Below are positions 41,115 through 54,177 of a stretch of DNA of 64,000 nt, piece after piece. Source of the stretch: Vicinamibacterales bacterium (GTDB lineage Bacteria > Acidobacteriota > Vicinamibacteria > Vicinamibacterales > JAMQPK01). The stretch is from positions 65,757 through 129,756 of the forward strand of contig CAWDIK010000011.1 of assembly GCA_963802345.1 (NCBI GenBank), given 5' to 3'. The stretch's first letter is position 1. Every line of letters starts with the position of its first letter. The translations under genes and the position numbers were made by a program. The notes beneath the pieces were generated by a model. It saw only the letters and a program-made list of their open reading frames with translations, was not told the origin of the DNA and did no database searches.

Positions 41115-43561
41115 CAACGCGACAGATCTGAGAAACTGACGAACACTGGAGATGCTAGAAACTTGAATCTAGGAGCTGCGTAAAGAACAGGCAGTTCCGG
41201 CGGTGCCGGCAGGACGCGCGTGAACTCTCCTCGTTGGAGCAGTTCACGTCCGCGTCCACCCCGGCTCGTCAGGCTGTATTTGCCTGTGCTGATCGTCTGG
41301 GCGGCTCCGCGCGTCGTTTCTACCGTCAGGAGATCGCGGTCCCCGCTCGACGCGATGAATCCAAGGACCCGATCCTCGTCCTTATCGACCTTGATCAGGA
41401 TGACGCCGCGGCCAGGGCCTGACAGGAAATTCACTTCGTCCACCTTGCACAACAGCGCACGCGCCTGACGGGTGGCCGCGATCAACACCTCGCCGCCCTG
41501 CACGATGGAAACGCCGACGACTTCGGCGCCCTGTCCGAGGCGCGCAAATCGCCTGCCCGCGCGCGTGCTGACTTCGACAAACGGCTCGAGACCAAAGCGC
41601 AGGCTGTATCCGTCGCTCGTGACGGCCACGGCGTGCGTCGGCGGCACGTCGCCTTCCTTCTTGGCCTTGATGTTCGTCGCAACGCGCGGGTCCAGGCTCG
41701 CAGCGGCCACGACGCGCTCGCCGTCCTTGAACTTGAACAGGCTCTGCACCGGCTCGCCGTATCCGGTAGACGCCGGCACATCGATCAACCTCGCGGTATA
41801 CGCCGTCCCGAAATTCGTGAAGAACACGACGGTGGCGCGCGTGCTGCCGGCGAGCACGGCGAGCACCGAGTCCCCTTCCCTCAGGCGGGTCGTCGACAGA
41901 TCCTTCACTTCCTTCTGCCGCTTCACCCATCCGTCGTTCGACACGATGACGATGTTGTCTTCTTCGATGATGAAATCGTCGGCGGTGTACTCGACGCTCT
42001 CTTCGGCCTCGATCAGCGTGCGCCGCTTGTCGAGCTTCGCGTCGCCGTAGGCCTTCTGAATGGCTTCGAGCTCTTCACGCACGAGCTTCCAGCGGCTGTC
42101 CTCGTTCTTCAGCAATCCGCCGATCTGCCTCGCGCGCTTCCTCTTCTCCTCGAGCTCCTGCTGGATCACCAGAATCTCGAGCCGCGCCAGGCGGTAGATC
42201 TTCAGCTCGAGGATGGCATCGGTCTGCTCGGCGTCGAGGCCGAACCGCTTCATGATCTTCTCGGCCGCGTCGGCCTTGCCGTCCGACTTGCGGACGATGC
42301 GGAGCACTTCGTCGAGGACGTCGAAGATTTTTTCAAAGCCTTCGAGCAGATGGATGCGCTTCTTCAACGCCTCGAGCTCGTGCTCGAGGCGCGCCGTGAC
42401 CACTTCGAGCCTGAAATGGAGGAAATGCCAGAGAATCGATTTCAGATCGAGCCGCTCGGGCCGGCCGACTTCGGGGTTTTCAGTCGGAATCAAGCACGTC
42501 AGGTTCACCGGGAAGGTGATCTGCATGGCGGTGTGCTTGTAGAGATACGCCATCACCATCTTCTCGTCGGCGTCCTTCTTCATCTCGATCGCGATGCGCA
42601 CGTCCTCGGTCGAGACGTCCTTCACGTCGAGCAGCTGCGGCAGCTTGCGCTTCTCGATGACCTCGCCGATCTGCGAGACGAGCTGCGACTTGTCGACCGT
42701 GTAGGGGATGCTGTCGATGTGGATCGTCTTGGTCGATCGCGCTTCCTCGCCGATGTCCCACGTGCCGCGCAGGCGGATGCTGCCGCTGCCGGTCTTGTAG
42801 ATCGCCTTGAGCTCGTCCGGCGAGTTCAAAATCTGCCCGCCGGTCGGAAAGTCCGGCCCCTTGATATAGCGCGAGAGCTGCGCGTTGCCGAGCTCGTCGT
42901 TCTCGAGCAGCTTGATGAGCGCCGTGCACACTTCCCCGAGGTTGTGCGGCGGGATGTTCGTGGCCATCCCGACGGCGATGCCGGTGGCGCCGTTGATCAG
43001 CAGGTTCGGCAGGCGCGCCGGCAGCACCACCGGCTCGGTCTTCGTGCCGTCGTAGTTCGGACGGTAATGCACCGTATCCTGCTCGATCTCGGCGAGCAGC
43101 TCGTCGCTGATCCGTGTGAGGCGGCACTCGGTGTAGCGCATCGCCGCGGCCGGGTCGCCATCGAGCGATCCGAAGTTTCCCGATCCGTCGACCAGTGGAT
43201 AGCGCAGCGAGAACGACTGCGCCATACGCACCAGGGTCTCGTAAATGGCGGCGTCGCCGTGCGGATGGAAGCTGCCCATGACATCGCCCACGACCTTCGC
43301 GCACTTGCGGTGTTTCGCGTCGGCGGTCAATCCCTGCTGCCACATCGTGTAAAGGATGCGGCGCTGGACAGGCTTCAATCCGTCCCGCACATCGGGAAGC
43401 GCGCGGGACGTGATGACCGAGAGCGCGTAGTTGAGGTACCGCGACTGGGCGGCCTCGTGCAGCGGCACCGCGCCATCGCCGGTGCCGTTGCCCGACGTCC
43501 CGCCGTCCACCGGGGCATCGAAATCGAAGGTGTCGTCTGAGGGTTTCTTTCGCTTCGCCAT
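41069..43561 (-). CDS. parC: DNA topoisomerase IV subunit A (ParC-type type IIA topoisomerase subunit A)
   Basis: ORF 41069..43705 has its real start at M49 ([13 protein letters not shown] 43561). It reads ...[21 protein letters not shown]...[17 protein letters not shown]...[10 protein letters not shown]...[15 protein letters not shown]. No GyrA-box (QRRGGKG) is present where GyrA has one. The last ~45 codons are lower-GC and overlap the convergent EF-hand gene, so they may be read-through. Confidence 0.8.
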   Translation of the reverse strand: MAKRKKPSDDTFDFDAPVDGGTSGNGTGDGAVPLHEAAQSRYLNYALSVITSRALPDVRDGLKPVQRRILYTMWQQGLTADAKHRKCAKVVGDVMGSFHPHGDAAIYETLVRMAQSFSLRYPLVDGSGNFGSLDGDPAAAMRYTECRLTRISDELLAEIEQDTVHYRPNYDGTKTEPVVLPARLPNLLINGATGIAVGMATNIPPHNLGEVCTALIKLLENDELGNAQLSRYIKGPDFPTGGQILNSPDELKAIYKTGSGSIRLRGTWDIGEEARSTKTIHIDSIPYTVDKSQLVSQIGEVIEKRKLPQLLDVKDVSTEDVRIAIEMKKDADEKMVMAYLYKHTAMQITFPVNLTCLIPTENPEVGRPERLDLKSILWHFLHFRLEVVTARLEHELEALKKRIHLLEGFEKIFDVLDEVLRIVRKSDGKADAAEKIMKRFGLDAEQTDAILELKIYRLARLEILVIQQELEEKRKRARQIGGLLKNEDSRWKLVREELEAIQKAYGDAKLDKRRTLIEAEESVEYTADDFIIEEDNIVIVSNDGWVKRQKEVKDLSTTRLREGDSVLAVLAGSTRATVVFFTNFGTAYTARLIDVPASTGYGEPVQSLFKFKDGERVVAAASLDPRVATNIKAKKEGDVPPTHAVAVTSDGYSLRFGLEPFVEVSTRAGRRFARLGQGAEVVGVSIVQGGEVLIAATRQARALLCKVDEVNFLSGPGRGVILIKVDKDEDRVLGFIASSGDRDLLTVETTRGAAQTISTGKYSLTSRGGRGRELLQRGEFTRVLPAPPELPVLYAAPRFKFLASPVFVSFSDLSRCYRGGVPPASAKPAR

Positions 43562-43575
43562 GGGACTATTCGACT

Positions 43576-43613
43576 GGGCTCTAGGCTTCCGGCTTCGGGC
43601 TTCAGGCTTGGGC
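43576..43613. repeat. Heptamer array GGGCTCT AGGCTTCC GGCTTC GGGCTTC AGGCTTG GGC
   Basis: It lies upstream of parC, on the 5' side of the four-helix-bundle gene. It is inverted relative to the array at 44042..44078. Confidence 0.85.
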
Positions 43614-43669
43614 CGAGTGCGCTGCCGCTGTCGCGGCGCGCAGCATTGCCACGTGAGGAGGCGCCGGAC

Positions 43670-44078
43670 ATGAGCCGAGATCACCGAAAACTCAAGGTTT
43701 TTCATGAGGCCGACGAATTGATTCTCACAGTGTACGCAGAAACTGCCACGTTTCCGGCGGAGGAACGTTTCGGATTTGTGCGCTCAGGTCCGTCGGTCGG
43801 CTGTGTCGGTCGCCACGAACATCGTCGAAGGCTGCGCTCGTCGGACCACGCGCGAATATCTGCAATTCATCAACATCGCGACAGGTTCGGCAGCGGAGAC
43901 GTTGTATCTGCTCGAATTGTCGCATCGACTCGGCTTCTTGAAAGCCGAAGTGTACCGACAATTCGATCGCCAAGTACAACCGCCTGCTGATCAAGGATTG
44001 CAGAAACTCCAACATCTCGCTGCGACCGACCGGGACGCCGCAGAGCCTAAAGCCCAAAGCCTGGAGCCGAGAGCCTAG
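43670..44078 (+). CDS. Four-helix-bundle protein (former 23S rRNA-intervening-sequence protein family); frameshifted as assembled
   Basis: GAGGAG RBS precedes ATG 43670. [35 protein letters not shown] joins [55 protein letters not shown] (ORF 43776..44078) at a T-run at ~43773-43776. The C-terminal tail is read out of the repeat array and is unreliable. Confidence 0.75.
44042..44078. repeat. Heptamer array (rc CTAGGCTCT CGGCTCC AGGCTTT GGGCTTT AGGCTCT), inverted partner of 43576..43613
   Basis: Read directly from the sequence. Both convergent ORFs (43776..44078 on the plus strand and 44047..44721 on the minus strand) terminate inside it. Confidence 0.85.
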
Positions 44079-44670
44079 TCTCCCCCACCGTCACCACTTT
44101 GCGCATGCTGCGATGCGCGTCGAGCACTTCCTGGCCGAGCTTCTTGCTGAGGTAGACCTTGGATTCCTGGTTGTCGGGGTGCGGCTCGTACTTGACGACG
44201 TTGAAATGGAGATGGTCGAGCGTGCCTCGCATCTCGTAGAAGCGATTCTTCGTCTTCACGAGGATCTCGTCGAATCCATTCTCGATCGCCCACGCTTCCT
44301 GCTGCTCGGTGAGCGCGCGGAAGTGTCCCTGGCCCCGCCAGTCGCGGCGCGTGCCGCCGATCCAGGTATAGAGGATGCGCCGGCCATCGAACTCCACGTA
44401 GTCGCGCAGCCGCTCGACCAGGTCCGCCAGCTTCGGAATACGCTCCTCGGCCCTGATTTCGTGCGCCACTTTGTACGACGCCGGGACGACGGTACCGGGA
44501 TCGTCAGGAAGCGGCGCCATCGCCATCAAGATAAGGTGGTCACGGTTCTGCAGGCGCCCGACGATCTCGGCGGCGGTCTTCCGGCGCTTGTATTCGCCGA
44601 AGAATTCCTCGATGTACTCAATCTCCAACGCGCCCTGCTCGAGGGGATACTTCGTGATGCGATGTTCCAA
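44047..44670 (-). CDS. GNAT-like acetyltransferase-fold protein (tentative)
   Basis: The C-terminal half IGGTRRDWRGQGHFRALTEQQEAWAIENGFDEILVKTKNRFYEMRGTLDHLHFNVV resembles GNAT motif A. The likely start is TTG 44670 (LEHRITKYPLEQG). ATG 44721 would put the hairpin array inside the ORF. Confidence 0.45.
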   Translation of the reverse strand: MEHRITKYPLEQGALEIEYIEEFFGEYKRRKTAAEIVGRLQNRDHLILMAMAPLPDDPGTVVPASYKVAHEIRAEERIPKLADLVERLRDYVEFDGRRILYTWIGGTRRDWRGQGHFRALTEQQEAWAIENGFDEILVKTKNRFYEMRGTLDHLHFNVVKYEPHPDNQESKVYLSKKLGQEVLDAHRSMRKVVTVGETRLSAPGFGL

Positions 44671-44683
44671 CGTTGATCCCTTT

Positions 44684-46365
44684 TTACAGAAGATCAGGAG
44701 ACCAGGAGAATCTCCTTTCAAGCGAACTCCTGATCTTCTGATCTTCTGTTGCAGAATTTACTTGCTCGAGTTCGATGTTCAGCTCGGCCCCGAAGACCAT
44801 CGTCCGATCGTTGTCGCGCGCGGCCCACTTCAGCATCGTCTGCACGTTCGGCTCGACCAGGCCCTCGAAGACCGTGCGGCCGTTCGCGACAACCTTGATC
44901 GGACGGCGGAAATCGAAGATCGACGGCGACAGCAGCAGCGTAAATGCTCTCACGCCTTCGGTCGATGCCTCCACTACATTCCCACGCCGCACGAGATCGA
45001 CGCGGCCCGACGGCTTGCGCCGCGGAAAAATCGGCGTCGGCGGCCGCTCGACTTCGACGGGCGAGAACACACCCTCGAGCGTCTTCCGCTCGCCGCCACG
45101 CTCGACGACGAGCCGCACGCGCTCGCCCTGGACCCACTTCTCCATGATCTGCACCATGTCGAGCCCGTTCTCCACGGCCTTGCCGTTGACCTCCACGAAT
45201 CGATCGCCGGTGCGCAGGCCGATCTGAAATGCATTCGACCCGGCCACGACCTCCTGCGCACGGCGGCCGCGATCGATCGACGTGTTGATCCTGAGGCCGA
45301 AATCGAGCTCGCGTCCGCGGTGCAGCAGGTTGCTGTCGGCCAGCCGGCTCTCTCCCTCGACCGGCCCCAACCTATCGATGACGAGCCAATTCGCGCGATT
45401 GAACCGATCGACGCGCTCGGTCTGCCACGAAATCCTGTCGGGCAGCGGCTCGCGTGGATGGTCCAGCACGAACTCCTCGATGTCCGGCCGCTCGTCCGCC
45501 CACCACCCGGTTGTATGTTCCATCTCGGCGTAGACGCGGAAGACGACGGACGCCCCGAGCTTGCGCAGATGGTCGACGTACGGTTCAACGGCGTGCGCGG
45601 GATACAGCGGATCCCGCCCTGTGTTGACGACGTAGAGCGGCCTGTTGACCGCGTTACCTGGAAACATCTCGCCGTCGGTGTGCACCGACGGCGTGCCGAG
45701 CACCATCATGTTGCCAATCAGCGGAATGAAGCTCGCCCACGCCGTCGTGTCCCTGAAGGCCATGTAATACACACCCGTGCCGCCGTCGGAGGAGCCCGTC
45801 AGGTACACGCGATTTTCATCGATGTTGTAGGTCCGCTTGAGCCGATCGAGGATGCGCGCGAGGTTATCGACCTGCGTCGAGGACCACCACAGCGCCCGCA
45901 CCCATCCATTCGGAAAAACCCGAATTTCGTCGACTCCGCTGGGCAGCGCGTCGACCCTGATGCGATTGACCGGAGCGGCACGGGCGCGCGCGATGCCGCC
46001 GTGCAGGTAGAAGCGCACCTGATAGGGACGCGACGGGTCGTAGTCCCGGGGCACGACGAACGCGTAGTCGTGCTCGATGCCGTCCATGGTGCGGTGGTGG
46101 TCGAACTGCAGGCCCCGCGGCACGTCGGCGCTGTAGTCGGGACCGTGCCGCACGCGCTCCAGAGCTTCTTCGAACGAGACGCCCGTCTTGAGAATACGGC
46201 TCGATGCGATCGGCGGCGCCGGCGGCATTCGGGCTGCCCAGAACGATCGAAACGCGCGGTCGATGGCCGACGCGGCTGCTGGGCCGACGCCACCAGCGTG
46301 GCAGCAAGGCCGACGACGGCAACAGCGAGGCCGTTGGCGCGCCAACCTGCGCTCGGACGCCGCAT
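44684..46365 (-). CDS. Secreted alpha/beta-hydrolase (esterase/depolymerase-like) with a C-terminal PDZ domain; one frameshift as assembled
   Basis: The signal peptide is in ORF 45799..46398 (MRRPSAGWRANGLAVAVVGLAATLVASAQQP, ATG 46365). It joins ORF 44684..46390 at ~46270-46290. The nucleophile elbow is VYLTGSSDGG and the PDZ-like segment is ...FQIGLRTGDRFVEVNGKAV... Confidence 0.7.
44687..44748. repeat. Inverted 7-8-nt arrays forming a hairpin (CAGAAGATC AGGAGACC AGGAGAATCTCC ... CTCCTGATCTTCTGATCTTCTG)
   Basis: Read directly from the sequence. It sits between the stop at 44684 and the next co-oriented gene. Confidence 0.8.
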
Positions 46366-46450
46366 AACATGAGCTACGGCTGGCAGGCACGGCCGCATTA
46401 TAGGCGGATGTACGCGCTGACGGACTCGGATCGCTGGCCTGAGGTCACTG

Positions 46451-46504
46451 ACACAGAGAAAGGGCCGGAAGACACGAAGCCTGCTGAGCTTCAGCGTCCG
46501 GCCC
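46451..46504 (-). terminator. Rho-independent-type terminator of the small zinc-ribbon gene
   Basis: On the minus strand GGGCCGGACGCTGAAGC-tcagcag-GCTTCGTGTCTTCCGGCCC is followed by TTTCTCTGTGT. Confidence 0.5.
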
Positions 46505-46569
46505 GAGTCGACCTACGCCCGAGCGTTTCCGCCTATGCCCTGAGCTCTCAGCTCTTGCTGCGAAAGTGC

Positions 46570-46728
46570 TTACGCCTGCTCGCCGCTTGGCGCCACCGAC
46601 GTGCGGCCGCAATCCTCGCACGTCAGGTAAATAACCGGCAGGCTCTCGGATCGGCCGATGATTCGCGCGGCCAGCATGCCGCACCTCGGACAAACCACCC
46701 CTACTGCTGCATTGGGTCTTCGTGCCAT
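46570..46728 (-). CDS. Small zinc-ribbon protein (52 aa), function unknown
   Basis: AGGAG RBS lies 7 nt before ATG 46728. The protein is MARRPNAAVGVVCPRCGMLAARIIGRSESLPVIYLTCEDCGRTSVAPSGEQA (CxxC...CxxC). A terminator follows. The longer track ORF (46570..46980) starts in an AT-richer non-coding-looking region. Confidence 0.6.
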   Translation of the reverse strand: MARRPNAAVGVVCPRCGMLAARIIGRSESLPVIYLTCEDCGRTSVAPSGEQA

Positions 46729-47173
46729 ACGCTCGCTCCTAACCCGTTTAGACGCCACGGCGTCTCTAACGGTTCTATCCATACCTGAAATGTCGGCAAC
46801 TGCCCGCCTCTGCGCCCCGGTGTTGGAAGATGCGTCGTTTCTCCGCGGCAAATCGGTGTTTCTCCTCTCAATTCGGAAAGCATGCAAGAAACCGCCCCGA
46901 CGCGTTCGCGCAGTCGCCCTACATTTGTGGATACGACGGCGGAACAGCCGACATTTCCGTCCGACGCTCATTGGCTGCATTTGCCGGTTTCACGGCACGA
47001 TCCAACATCTTTGTTGGTTGCCTGTCCACAATGGACGCGATTGTCAGAAATCTGGCGATATCCGGCAGAGCTCTCCCGAGCAAGATCGCTAAAAACAGGC
47101 CTGAAAACGCATATTCACGCGCAATCCGCGCAGTGGTATACGCGTTGCTTTGATATGTCGCGGAAGGAATCAC

Positions 47174-47365
47174 ATGAGCCCGAACATCAGTCTCCTCAAC
47201 CGCGTGCGAAGCGAATTCATCGAAATGCCTGGACTGCGGCTGCGGATCGATCAGGCTCAGCGCCTCTGGAACCTCGACCGGGCCATGTGCGAAAGCGTGC
47301 TGCGCTACCTGGTCGACGTCAAGTTCCTCGGCCAGTTCGACGACGAGCGCTACGCCCGGCTGTGA
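47174..47365 (+). CDS. Small protein (63 aa), possibly winged-helix-like, function unknown
   Basis: GGAAGGA RBS precedes ATG 47174. The protein is MSPNISLLNRVRSEFIEMPGLRLRIDQAQRLWNLDRAMCESVLRYLVDVKFLGQFDDERYARL. Its stop abuts the convergent stop at 47369. Confidence 0.5.
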   Translation: MSPNISLLNRVRSEFIEMPGLRLRIDQAQRLWNLDRAMCESVLRYLVDVKFLGQFDDERYARL

Positions 47366-47368
47366 GCC

Positions 47369-49861
47369 TCACTGCGGGTCGCCACCCGGAGCGCTGGCGA
47401 TCGCGTCGCGGAGCTTCTGCAGCGTCTCCGGCGATCCGCTGAACAGACCCTCCGGGTACTTCTTGTGCCGCAGGATGTCTGCGTAGATCGGCCCGCTCTG
47501 GTACAGGTTCAGCCCCAGGCCCGCGAGATACTGCAGCCGCAGATCGCGGTCGCGGTTGATCTGCGCATCGGCCAGTATACGCCTTCAGGTCGGACGCCCG
47601 GCCCGCGTAATTCGCGAACAGATCCAGCGCCGAGTAGATGCTGATTTCCCGCAGCGAGTCTTTCACCGCCGCATACTGCGGGCTGTTGAGCCGCGCTTCC
47701 CATTCGTCGACGTTGAAGTGCGGCGCCTCCACCGTGCCCATCAGCACGGTGTCGTACCCGCGCCCCTGGTGCGTGTTGCCCCAGATGACGCCGTTCGGGA
47801 ACACCTCGAAGAACGTGCCGATCTCGCTCTTGACCGCTTCCGGCGTGCTCTCATACAGCTGCACGAACAGCGTGACCGTGCCGCCCGGGTTGAGCTTCGA
47901 TTTCGCGAGCTCGAAGAACTCTTTCGTATACAGCGTCGCCGCGCCCTTCACCCACGGATCGAGCGGATCTGACGTGATCGCGTCGAATCGTCTCGTCGGT
48001 CGTCAGCAGAAAATGCCGCGCATCGTCGATGACGACGTGGGTCTTCGGGTTTCGGACGACGTGGAAATTGTGCTCGCCGAAATGCTCGGAGACGACGCGC
48101 GGCACGAGCGGCTCGATTTCGGCGATCGTCAGCGACTTCCACGTTCTGATCGATGCTGACGGCTCCGGCGGTCGCGCCGGCGCCGCAGCCGATGACGAGC
48201 ACCCTCTTCGGCGATTTCGGCACGAGCGTCGTGAAGTGCCCGAGCATCCGCTGCAGCCGCATGTCCTGCGGCTGGCTCGAGGCCTGCACTTTTCCCGCGT
48301 TGTGGTAGTTCATCACGTCGCCGAAGCGCGACACGGCGACCGACGAGCTGAGGCCTTCGCCGACGTAGAAGATGTCTCCCTGCTGCCCCATCCATGTCGC
48401 CGCGTACCGGCCGTAGGCGACGAGAATGCCTGGAATCGTCGGCACGGTCCGAATCAGAAACGCGGCAACCCCGAGCGCGATGATGAGCATCACGTTCGGC
48501 GACCCAGCGCAGCGTGTAGTTCCGTCCTGCCGAGACCTTTTCTGACACCGAGCTCAGCTCCGCCGGCGCGAGCAGGAGCAGGCCGGACATCCCCGAGACG
48601 ATCATCAGCACCTGCTGCGCGCGCTGCGATCCGAACCAGTAGACGAGAATCAGGCTGGCGATCACCGAACCGAAAATCGCGCCGACCGTGTTGGCGGCGT
48701 ACACGCCGCCGACGAGCCGTCCCGGGTCTTCGCCCCGTCTCGCCACTGACGCGAGCGCGAGCGGAAAGCTCGCGCCCCACAGAATCGGCGCCGGGCAGCA
48801 CCGCCCAGAACGCGCGCACGAAATCGAGCTGGAAGTTGTACCAGATGCTGGTCGTGATCGACGTGTTGATCGGCCAGTACGGCAGCGACTCCATCAGCAT
48901 GTAGGCGCTCCACGCCATCGCGCCGACGTTGAGCAGCTGGCACCAGCCGAGCGCGACCCGCGGCCGCTCGACGCTCTTCGCCATGATCGATCCGAGGCTG
49001 CTGCCGATGCCAAGCCCAATCAGGAACACCGCGAGGATCAGCGAAAACGTGTAGGTGGAGGCGCCGAACAACAGGCTGAGCACGCGCGTCCAGATGACCT
49101 GTGCGGCCAGCGCGCAGAACCCCGACAAGGCGATCGCCACATACACGAGCGCCCTGTCGCCTGAGGCCTTGGTATCGGGATTAGGGATTGGGGATTCGGG
49201 GATTGGCATCGGAGTCGCTCGCACGCTCGACCGTCGCCGGCGTTTTCGCGGCAACGAGCAGTCCGAGTCCGCCGACGGCGAAATTGATCGCCGCCGCCAC
49301 GTAGGTCGCGGTGCTCATGTCGAACACGCGCAGCAGGTAGAAGCCCGCGAGCAGCGTGCCCATGACCGCGCCTGCGATGTTGCCGGCGTAGAAAAAGCCG
49401 AGCCACGACACGCCTGCCGGCGTCGTCTTCACCCAGCGCGCGACAGCGGGCAGCGTGGCGCCCATCGCGAGCGTCGGCGGCAGCAGACAGATGCTCGCGA
49501 CCAGACCGCGCAGCAGGTACCCGGTGATACCGTAGCCTCCCCACGCGGTGTAGACATGGCCGACCAGCGGCAGCACGAGAATCAGCAGCAGGCCGATGAT
49601 GCCGATCGCAATCTCGAGGAGCGCGTACACCTTCAGCGGGTGATGCCTCGGGGAGATATAGCGCGGCAGCAGAAAGCTGCCGAGGCACATGCCGCCCATG
49701 AACGTGCCGAGCAGCACGCCAATCGATACCGATGAGGAGCCGACGAACAGCTCCAGCATCTGGAACCAGACGATCTCGTAAATCAGCGCCGCGCAGCCGC
49801 TGCCGACGAACAGCAGCAGCAGCACCGGCAGCCATTGTTCCGTCGACTGGACTCGGCCGTC

Positions 49862-49865
<4 letters not shown>
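47369..49865 (-). CDS. Fused MFS-like membrane domain (two related TM modules) / spermidine synthase-like protein; heavily frameshifted as assembled
   Basis: ATG 49865 overlaps the upstream stop (ATGA). TM module 1 is in ORF 49181..49825 (...GSGCAALIYEIVWFQMLELFVGSS...FMGGMCLGS). Module 2 is in 48490..49254 and 48129..48746 (...ALSGFCALAAQVIWTRVLSLLFGAS...). The synthase part is in 47948..48493, 47851..48105 and 47319..47951 (...RVLVIGCGAGATAG..., ...DAITSDPLDPWVKGAATLYTKEFF...). The end ...APGGDPQ stops at 47369. There are >=7 frame changes. Confidence 0.75.
49176..49206. repeat. Heptamer array CGGGATTA GGGATTG GGGATTCG GGGATTGG inside the MFS/spermidine-synthase fusion
   Basis: It encodes the inter-module linker (...PIPESPIPNP... 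or ...NPRIPNP... depending on frame). Confidence 0.85.
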
Positions 49866-52844
<2,979 letters not shown>

Positions 52845-52862
52845 CGCGACTCCGAGAGCGGC

Positions 52863-53567
52863 TTACTTCCAGACGGCTTCGATGGCCTCGAAGCGCGTCT
52901 TGCCGACGTTGGTGATGGTGTGGGTGACCGGGCCGGTGTGCCACTCGAATTCGCCGGCTTTCATCTCGATGCGGTGCGCGGCCGAGCCTGGGCGCTCGAC
53001 TGAAATGGCTCCGTCGTGCGCCGCGATGAGCAGCCCCGATCGCGGCAGCGTATAACGCCCGGTCGACTGGCCGGGCTCGAGGATCAGCCGCTCGACGCGT
53101 ACCAGCTCGTTGTCGAGCGCCGGTTTCTCCTGATAACCCGCGGGCTTCGGCGACGCGAGAAACGCGCCGGCCGGCGAGACGTCGTCGCGCGACTGAATCT
53201 GGACCGTGATGTTGCGGAACGTCGTCGACGCGATGTTGCCGACGCGATGCGTGAGGGCCGGCGAGTACCGCACTTCGGCGTCGACCGGCTCGATGTTGAT
53301 GATCTCCCTGGCGCCGAGCGTCTGGCCGCGCAGCGTCGCCGCGCCGATGGAAATCCAGAAGTACGGGTTCTCGTGAATGTGATACAGCGTGCCGCTGAAC
53401 GGCTCGACGGTCACGTCGAGCACGCGCGCGTACTTATTGTCGAGCTTGACGAAATGATGCGGCTCGCGAATCGCGGGAACCTGCATGTCGGGTGTCGCCG
53501 CGCCTTGTGCCAGCGCGGCGGCTGTGAGCATCACGATGCCCAGCCCCACTCCGTAAATTTTCGTCAT
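52863..53567 (-). CDS. Secreted bicupin-like protein, function unknown
   Basis: Intact 234-aa ORF with signal peptide MTKIYGVGLGIVMLTAAALAQG. It has two beta-barrel-like halves with His-containing motifs (...GTLYHIHENPYFWI... and ...GEFEWHTGPVTHTITNVG). Confidence 0.5.
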   Translation of the reverse strand: MTKIYGVGLGIVMLTAAALAQGAATPDMQVPAIREPHHFVKLDNKYARVLDVTVEPFSGTLYHIHENPYFWISIGAATLRGQTLGAREIINIEPVDAEVRYSPALTHRVGNIASTTFRNITVQIQSRDDVSPAGAFLASPKPAGYQEKPALDNELVRVERLILEPGQSTGRYTLPRSGLLIAAHDGAISVERPGSAAHRIEMKAGEFEWHTGPVTHTITNVGKTRFEAIEAVWK

Positions 53568-53595
53568 GAATCGGGATAATACTTGATGCAGTCCG

Positions 53596-53676
53596 AATTG
53601 GCAGATTGGAAGATTGGCAGATTGGCAGATGACACGTCATCGGTCCAATCTCAATCTGCCGAATCTTCCAATCTTC
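53596..53676. repeat. Inverted octamer arrays (ATTGGCAG ATTGGAAG ATTGGCAG ATTGGCAG ... CCAATCTC AATCTGCCG AATCTTCC AATCTTC) forming a ~30-bp hairpin
   Basis: Read directly from the sequence. The centre is ATGAC-AC-GTCAT. It lies between the stop at 53685 and the start at 53567 of co-oriented genes. Confidence 0.85.
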
Positions 53677-53684
53677 ATCGCAAT

Positions 53685-54075
53685 TCACGCGTAGGATTTC
53701 CTGCGCTGCCGCACCTCGGCCGCGGTTCTCATCTTTGGAATCCGCTGATCGGATTTCTTGACCCCCTTCATCGTCGGCGCGGGCTTGCGGCGGCGCTTGC
53801 CGGGCGCGTGCGCGGGGTCGGCCTGCCGCGCGGACGCGGCGCGCGAGGGCTTCTTGTTCTTCGCTTTCGCGCCTCTTCGCTGTGCCGCCCGTCAGCCCTT
53901 CCAGCATCTGGGTCGCGCTGTCGCGCACGCGCGTGAGCTGGTCGGTCAGCGCCTGCCGGTTCATCCAGGATTCGGCCGTCCCCTCGATGGTGCCGGCGAT
54001 GCGGCCGAGCTGTTCGGCCAGCGCGATCGCCTGCTCACCCAGGTCTGTTGCGTTCTTCTGCTCTCGTGTCGCCAT
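53685..54075 (-). CDS. Small protein with a helical N-terminal half and a Lys/Arg-rich tail, function unknown; one frameshift as assembled
   Basis: MATREQKNATDLGEQAIALAEQLGRIAGTIEGTAESWMNRQALTDQLTRVRDSATQMLEGLTGGTAKR is in ORF 53434..54075. After ~53873 the neighbouring frame reads ...AKAKNKKPSRAASARQADPAHAPGKRRRKPAPTMKGVKKSDQRIPKMRTAAEVRQRRKSYA-stop (TGA 53685-87), ending just before the hairpin. Confidence 0.45.
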
Positions 54076-54177
54076 TGAGCGTTTTCCTCCAGCGGATTCG
54101 GCAGCAAGAACGACGCCAGAAAAGCGGAATACGGTAAAATACCGGCTTTCTACCCGTAGCTATCCAAGAGGTGAGAC

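Noticed and set aside
41633-43540. Long antisense or alternative-frame ORFs. Examples: 41633..43540 (+), 61818..63857 (+), 44471..46372 (+), 31982..33721 (+), 59593..61131 (+), 24167..25123 (-), 26243..27286 (-), 28667..29878 (-), 37800..39812 (-), 52...53 kb (+).
   Set aside because: They lie opposite to, or out of frame with, genes carrying unmistakable family motifs. Their translations are dominated by R/A/G/P/D runs, which is the typical high-GC shadow-ORF composition. None shows a recognisable domain.
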